A stretch of 64,000 nucleotides of DNA from assembly GCA_030390025.1 (NCBI GenBank), contig JASTWF010000350.1, positions 62,001 to 126,000 on the forward strand. Direction: 5' to 3'. The notes beneath the pieces are model-generated. The model worked only from the letters and a program-made list of their open reading frames with translations, had not been told where the DNA came from and made no database searches. This document shows positions 59,696-64,000 of the stretch, piece after piece. The position numbers and the translations under genes were made by a program. This DNA is from Squalus acanthias. Taxonomy: Eukaryota. Each line of letters starts with the position of its first letter. Position 1 is the stretch's first letter.

Positions 59696-61552
59696 AGCTG
59701 ACACTCCTAGTGGAGTACTGAGGGAGCGCTGCACTGTCGGAGGGTCAGTACTGAGGTAGCGCTGCACTGTCGGAGGGACAGTACTGAGGGAGCGCTGCAC
59801 TGTCGGAGGGGCAGTACTGAGGGAGCGCTGCACTGTCAGAGGGGCAGTACTGATATAGTGCTGGACTGTCGGAGGGGCAGTACTGATATAGTGCTGGACT
59901 GTCGGAGGTGCAGTACTGAGGCAGCGCTGCACTGTCGGAGGGGCAGTACTGAGGCAGCGCTGCACTGTCGGAGGGTCAGTACTGAGGGAGTGCTGCACTG
60001 TCGGAGGGTCAGTACTGAGGCAGTACTGCAATGTCGGAGGGGCAGTACTGAGGGAGCGCTGCACTGTCAGAGGGGCAGTACTGAGGGAGCACTGCACTGT
60101 CGGAGGGTCAGTACTGAGGGAGCGCTGCACTTTCGGAGGGGCAGTACTGAGGGAGCGCTGCACTGTCGAAGGGGCAGTACTGATATAGTACTGGACTGTC
60201 GGAGGGGCAGTACTGAGGCAGCGCTGCACTGTCGGAGGGGCAGTACTGAGGTAGCGCTGCACTGTCGGAGGGGCAGTACTGAGGGAGCGCTGCACTGTCG
60301 GAGGGGCAGTACTGAGGCAGCGCTGCACTGTCGGAGGGTCAGTACTGAGGGAGTGCTGCACTGTCGGAGGGGCAGTACTGAGGGAGTGCTGCACTGTCAG
60401 AGGGGCAGTACTGAGGGAGCGCTGCACTGTCAGAGGGGCAGTACTGAGGGAGTGCTGCACTGTCAGAGGGGGAGTACTGAGGGAGTGCTGTACTGTCAGA
60501 GGGGCAGTAATGAGGGAACACTGCACTGTACAAGTGTCAGTACTGAGGGAGTGCTGCACTTTCGGAGGGTCAGTACTGAGAGAGTGCTGCACTGTCGTAG
60601 GGTCAGTACAGAGGGAGCGCTGCACTGTCGAAGGGGCAGTATTGAGGGAGCACTGCACTGTCCGAGTGTCAGTACTGAGGGAGCGTTGCACTGTCGGAGG
60701 GGGAGTACTGAATGAGCGCTGCACTGTCGTAGGGTCAGTACTGAGGGAGCGCGCACTGTCGAAGGGGCAGTACTGAGGGAGTGCTGCACTGTCAGAGGGG
60801 CAGTACTGAGGGAGTGCTGCACTGTCAGAGGGGTAGTACTGAGGGAATGCTGCACTGTTGGAGGGGCAGTCCTGAGAGAGCACTGCACTGTCAGAGGGGC
60901 AGTACTGAGGGAGCGCTGCACTGTCGGAGGGGCAGTAATGAGGGAGCACTGCACTGTCCGAGTGTCAGTACTGAGGGAGTGCTGCACTGTCAGAGGGTCA
61001 GTACTGAGGGAGTGCTGCACTGTCGGAGGGTCAGTACTGAGGGAGCGCTGCACTGTCGGAGGGGCAGTACTGAGGGAGCGCTGCACTGTCGGAGGGGCGG
61101 TACTGAGGGAGCGCAGCACTGTCGGAAGGGCAGTACTGAGGGAGCGCCTCACTGTCGGAGGGGCAGTACTGAGGGAGCGCTGCACTGTCGGAGCGGCAGT
61201 ACTGAGGGAGCGCTGCACTGTCGGAGGGGCAGTACTGAGGGAGCGCTGTACTGCCAGAGTTGCCATCTTTCAGATGAGATGTTAAACCGAGGCCCCGTTT
61301 GCCCTCTCAGGTGGATATAAAGATCCCATGGCACCATTTGTCCTGAATATTTAGCCCTCAACCAACATTATTAAAACAGATGATCTTTTTACGATCACAT
61401 TGCTGCTCGTGGGATCTTACTGTGCACAATTTGGCTGCCGCGTTTCCTACATTGCAACAGTGACTACATTTCAAAATCACTTCATTGGCTGTAAAGTGCG
61501 TTGGGACCTCCTGAGGTTGTGAAAGGCGCTATATAAATGCAAGTCTTCCTTT
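59696..61552 (+). mobile_element. SacSINE1-like SINE with internal 33-bp tandem expansion
   Basis: gctgacactcctagt upstream; SINE resumes at ~61260 (tgccatctttcagatgagatgttaaaccgaggcccc) through tail aggcgctatataaatgcaagtc. Confidence 0.88.
59712..61253. repeat. 33-bp minisatellite, ~47 units, GCAGTACTGAGGGAGCGCTGCACTGTCGGAGGG
   Basis: Direct periodicity; 11-aa repeats in the ORF track. Confidence 0.97.
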
Positions 61553-61589
61553 ACTATATTCAAAGGTATCAGATCATTTTTAGTTTCAA

Positions 61590-62632
61590 ATTTAAGCTCA
61601 GGTCTCGGATTTTCCTATTGGGGTAGTCTTGGTGGCGGTTGTGGTTCAGGGAGTGGTGCCGGCCAGCAGCCCTGACCTCACTGTGACACGGACCCATTTT
61701 CCTGGGTTGGGGCTCATTTATATATCTGCAGGGCTGGCTCCTAGTGCCATCTCCACTCGATGGAGAAACAGGGCACTCATGGCAACTCCAGAACGGGGAG
61801 GAGCAACTGTTAAAGAAGGCAGAAGCCACTCGAAGATACCCGAATATATAGTTCAAAACAGAAGGCTGTGAATGAGCCGTTGGGCACAATTGCACAGGAG
61901 CCAGGGCAGGGGGAAAGGGTAGCGCAGGTGCCAGCTCGCCGGAGGGTGCGGTCACATACTCGTTCTGCTGCAGAGGAGTCAGATGAGGACTTCGATGGGC
62001 CAAGGCTACAGAAGAAGGCTGATGGGTGTACACACCCAAATGCTTAGTGTGCTGAGATGGTGCAGTCTGAAGCCGAGCCTTCTAGGCCCAGAGCTGCTCG
62101 AGGTCGCCCTCCAAGACCATCTGCAGTCACCCCCAGTGAAAGTCAGCAGCCTTCCACCAGCCATGCTGCAGCCACTGCATAAGCACCTCGTAGGAGCACT
62201 AGGAGAGGTAAAGGCACACAGAAGACAGGCACTAAGCAATGCATAGGGTGATTCGTTTATTTTTGAATGCATTATGTCATGATTGAATTTATAAAAATGG
62301 ATAAGAATGTGCATTTTCCGGTGGTTTTCATTTTTGTGTTGTCAGATAGAAGACGATGTGATGGACAGTGACAGAGGAAAGGTAAGGAGTGTGGGACTGT
62401 TGGTGGATGGGGAGGTGGGGTTGACATTACTGGTATCGCTCATTAATTATTTGATCACATAGAGCCTGGACAGAAAAGGGGCTGTCTACGTTGTAACCTC
62501 CCTTCCTCTTGCTCCACCACTTCCTGCTGCACTTCCTCCTCCTTCTCCTCCACTCCCTCCTCCTGCTCCTCCACTCCTTCCTCCTTCTCCTCCTCTTCCT
62601 CGTGCTCCTGCTCCTCAGCTTCTCGCCGGATA
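61590..62632. mobile_element. Harbinger internal remnant (Myb 3' region and transposase acidic tail), cut by CR1
   Basis: 62100-62240 matches 43640-43790 (gaaagtcagcagccttccaccagccatgctgcagccactg); minus-strand Glu-rich tail 62455-62630. Confidence 0.55.
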
Positions 62633-64000
62633 GCATAGAAGCATAGAAGATAGGAGCAGGAGTAGGCCATTCGGCCCTCGAGCCTGCTCCGCCATTTAAT
62701 GAGATCATGGCTGATCATCCAAATTCAGTACCTTGTCCCTGCTTTCTCCCCATATCCCTTGATCCCTTTAGCCTTAAGAAATATATCTATCTCCTTCTTG
62801 AAAATATTTAATGAATTGGCCTCAACTGCCTTCTGTGGTAGAGAATTCCACAGGTTCACCACTCTCTGGGTGAAGAAATTCCTCCTCATCTCAGTCCTAA
62901 ATGGCTTACCCCTTATCCTTAGACTGTGACCCCTGGTTCTGGACTCCCCCGCCATCGGGAACAACCTTCCTGCATCTAATCTGTCTAGTCCTGTTAGAAT
63001 TTTATAAGTTTCAATGAGATCCCCTCTCATTCTTCTAAACTCTAGCGAATATAAACCTAATAGACCCAATCTCTCTCCATACGTCATTCCTGCCATCCCA
63101 GGTATCAGTCTGGTGAATCTTCGCTGCACTCCCTCCGTGGCAAGAACATCCTTCCTCAGATAAGGCGACCAAAACTGCACACAATACTCAAGGTGTGGTC
63201 TCACCAAGGTCCTGTACAACTGCAGCAAGACATCCTTGCTCCTGTACTCGAATCCTCTCGCTATGAAGGCCAACATACCATTTGCCTTCTTAACCGCCTG
63301 CTGCACCTGCATGCTTACCTTCAGCGACTGGTGCACAAGGACACCCAGGTCTCGTTGCACTTCCCCTTCTCCCAATCTATTGCCATTCAGATAATAAACT
63401 GTCTTCCTGTTTTTGTCACCGAAGTGGATAACCTCGTATTTATCTACATTAACTGCATTTGCCATGCATCTGCCCAATCACCCAACCTGTCCAAATCATA
63501 CTGGAGTTTCTCTGCATCCTCCTCACAGCACACACGCCCACCCAGCTTTGTGTCGTCTGCAAACTTGGAGATATTACATCTAGTTCCCTCGTCTAGATCA
63601 TTAATATATATTGTGAATAGCTGGGGTCCTGGCACCGATCCCTGCGGTACCCCACTAGTCACTGCCTGCCACTCGGAAACAGACCCGTTTATTCCAACTC
63701 TTTGCTTCCTGTCTGCCAACCAGTTCTCTATCCAAGATAGTACCTTACCCCCAATCCCGTGTGCTTTAACTTTACACGCTAATCTCTTATGCGGGACCTT
63801 TTAGAAAGCCTTCTGAAAGTCCAAATACACCACATCCACTGGTTCTCCCTTATCTATTCTACCAGTTACATCCTCAAAAAATTCCAGTAGATTAGTCAAG
63901 CATGATTTAACTTTTGTAAATCCATGTTGACTTTGTCCGATCCTGTCACTGTTTTCCAAGTGCTCTGCTATTACGTCTTTTATAATGGACTCTAGCATTT
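62633..64000 (-). mobile_element. CR1 LINE ORF2 (RT and C-terminus) with stops/frameshift, runs off window edge
   Basis: [40 protein letters not shown]; 3' UTR as at 48232. Confidence 0.95.

Noticed and set aside
59639..61320. Mucin-like or zinc-finger-like repeat ORFs (STAPPTVQRSL; LHCRRGSTEGA)
   Set aside because: In-frame 33-bp SINE-derived tandem repeat, open on both strands, with no gene structure

Overview
Repeat-saturated vertebrate genomic DNA with no recognisable host gene. It is most likely from a cartilaginous fish, inferred from abundant HER1-type CR1 LINEs and SacSINE1-like Deu-SINEs. The main item is a pol-less LTR provirus on the minus strand (17479-22956): TG..CA LTRs, a 4-bp GTTA target-site duplication (TSD), a tRNA-Arg-like primer binding site (PBS), a coiled-coil gag N-terminal ORF, and an env with F-protein-like layout (early RQRR furin site, ~450 aa downstream subunit) suggestive of lokiretroviruses. 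A 1.45-kb solo LTR of a related family lies at 34805-36252. Also present: a decayed Mag-like Gypsy element with 120-bp LTRs inserted in a 20-bp minisatellite; composite Harbinger transposons; MITEs carrying promoter motifs and splice-donor clusters; an ORF1-less CR1/Zenon-like LINE with a tRNA-like head; Penelope fragments with minimal hammerhead ribozymes; and four large tandem-repeat regions (20 bp, 38 bp, adjacent 21-bp and 17/18-bp arrays, and a 33-bp array grown inside a SINE). Family names come from motif recognition by eye, not database searches; counts and many boundaries are approximate.
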